From Octopus bimaculoides (Eukaryota), in NCBI RefSeq assembly GCF_001194135.2, contig NC_068984.1, positions 92,828,809 to 92,892,808 on the forward strand: 64,000 bases of DNA. The letters run 5' to 3'. The notes beneath the pieces are model-generated. The model was not told the DNA's origin. It ran no database searches and saw nothing but the letters and a program-made list of their open reading frames with translations. This document shows, in pieces, positions 62,960 through 64,000 of the stretch. Position 1 is the stretch's first letter. Each line of letters opens with the position of its first letter. A program made the position numbers and the translations under genes.

Positions 62960-64000
62960 GATATTTAATAAGATTACCTTAATGTTTTTGTTACGATTTC
63001 AATGAATACAAAGACATTTTATTTACTAGTCCTAAAATATTTTGTTATATATATAAAAAGAAAAAAAAAAACGAAACAGGATACATAGTTGTTACAGACT
63101 CCTTGAGCTACAAAACTTGACATATTTTCATTTATCCGATGGTTGGTAAACATTGCTCCAGTAATTTATATATATATATAAATATATATATACATGATAC
63201 AATATAATGATTGAAGAAGTGCGGGATTGTGTCCAGTTTTTTTTTTCCGAACGGTATTAAAAAAGTCATATTACTTTGGAGAAATTATTAATGAATATTA
63301 AAAAAATTTTAAACTATAAAGTTTATTTGTATATTAAACAAATTATAATGTTTAATACCACAAGATTCGCTTCGGTTTTAAATGTCAACTTCCGTTTGAA
63401 TTCCATATGTAAACAAATAGTTTTCTCTTCGCGTTCGTAAAAAATGTAATAAAGCGAGAAAAAGAAACAAAACAAAACGAGTAAATTATTTTTAACCGTA
63501 TTACAAACCAAAGAATATCTTACATGGCGATCTTTCGTTTTGACTCGAATTCTATAAACATACTACTCGGTAATTTCTGTGAGCACATGTTGTCTTGTCA
63601 ACTGTCAGCTGCGTGCTAGTTCTGTTGACGTATCGAAGTGGAAAGAGAAAGCTAATGAGTTGCACGTCTGTGTGTATGTGTGTGTATGTGTGCGCGCGCG
63701 TGCCAGTAAGAACAAATATGCAAGGCTTTTTTCTTCAAGTTTAAAATGCAACATTGTTAGCGTAATTTCGTCATATCTACATTCCACACACACAAATACG
63801 TAAAAACAGAACAAGTATACACAAACACACACATACACACACACAAGAACAGGCACACATACACACGCACATACATACACAAGAACAGACGTACAACCAA
63901 TTAGCTTCCTCTTCCCACTTTGATATGACAAAAGAACACATACGCAGGAGTTGACAAGATATGTGCTCACGGGAATTACTGAGTAGTATGTTTAAAAACT

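Overview
Eukaryotic, AT-rich, gapped and microsatellite-rich genomic DNA. The SINE, RTE and Penelope-like repeat families and the gene sequence point to a cephalopod, most likely Octopus (inference). One host gene is present: a minus-strand DIPK2A (C3orf58/DIA1, divergent secretory-pathway kinase) orthologue. It has four coding exons (62328-62915, 43480-43602, 25780-25957, 23103-23428; 1215 nt, 404 aa) joined by canonical GT-AG introns of 18.7, 17.5 and 2.4 kb. Exon 2 is absent from the ORF track. The rest is layered transposon debris: several lineages of Penelope-like retroelements (PLEs), RTE LINEs, tRNA-type SINEs, two mariners with intact TIRs, hAT and Chapaev-like remnants, and a non-autonomous Helitron inserted precisely inside a PLE ORF. 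Highlights: (i) several PLE-derived type I hammerhead ribozyme motifs, one with an intact core in the sense strand of DIPK2A intron 1 and others in fold-back pseudo-LTR pairs; (ii) a canonical D-x-K-x-x-N catalytic loop in a kinase family usually regarded as atypical or pseudokinase; (iii) compact promoter-like or stress-element cassettes inside DIPK2A introns. TE boundaries are approximate unless termini are stated. All alignments were done by eye.
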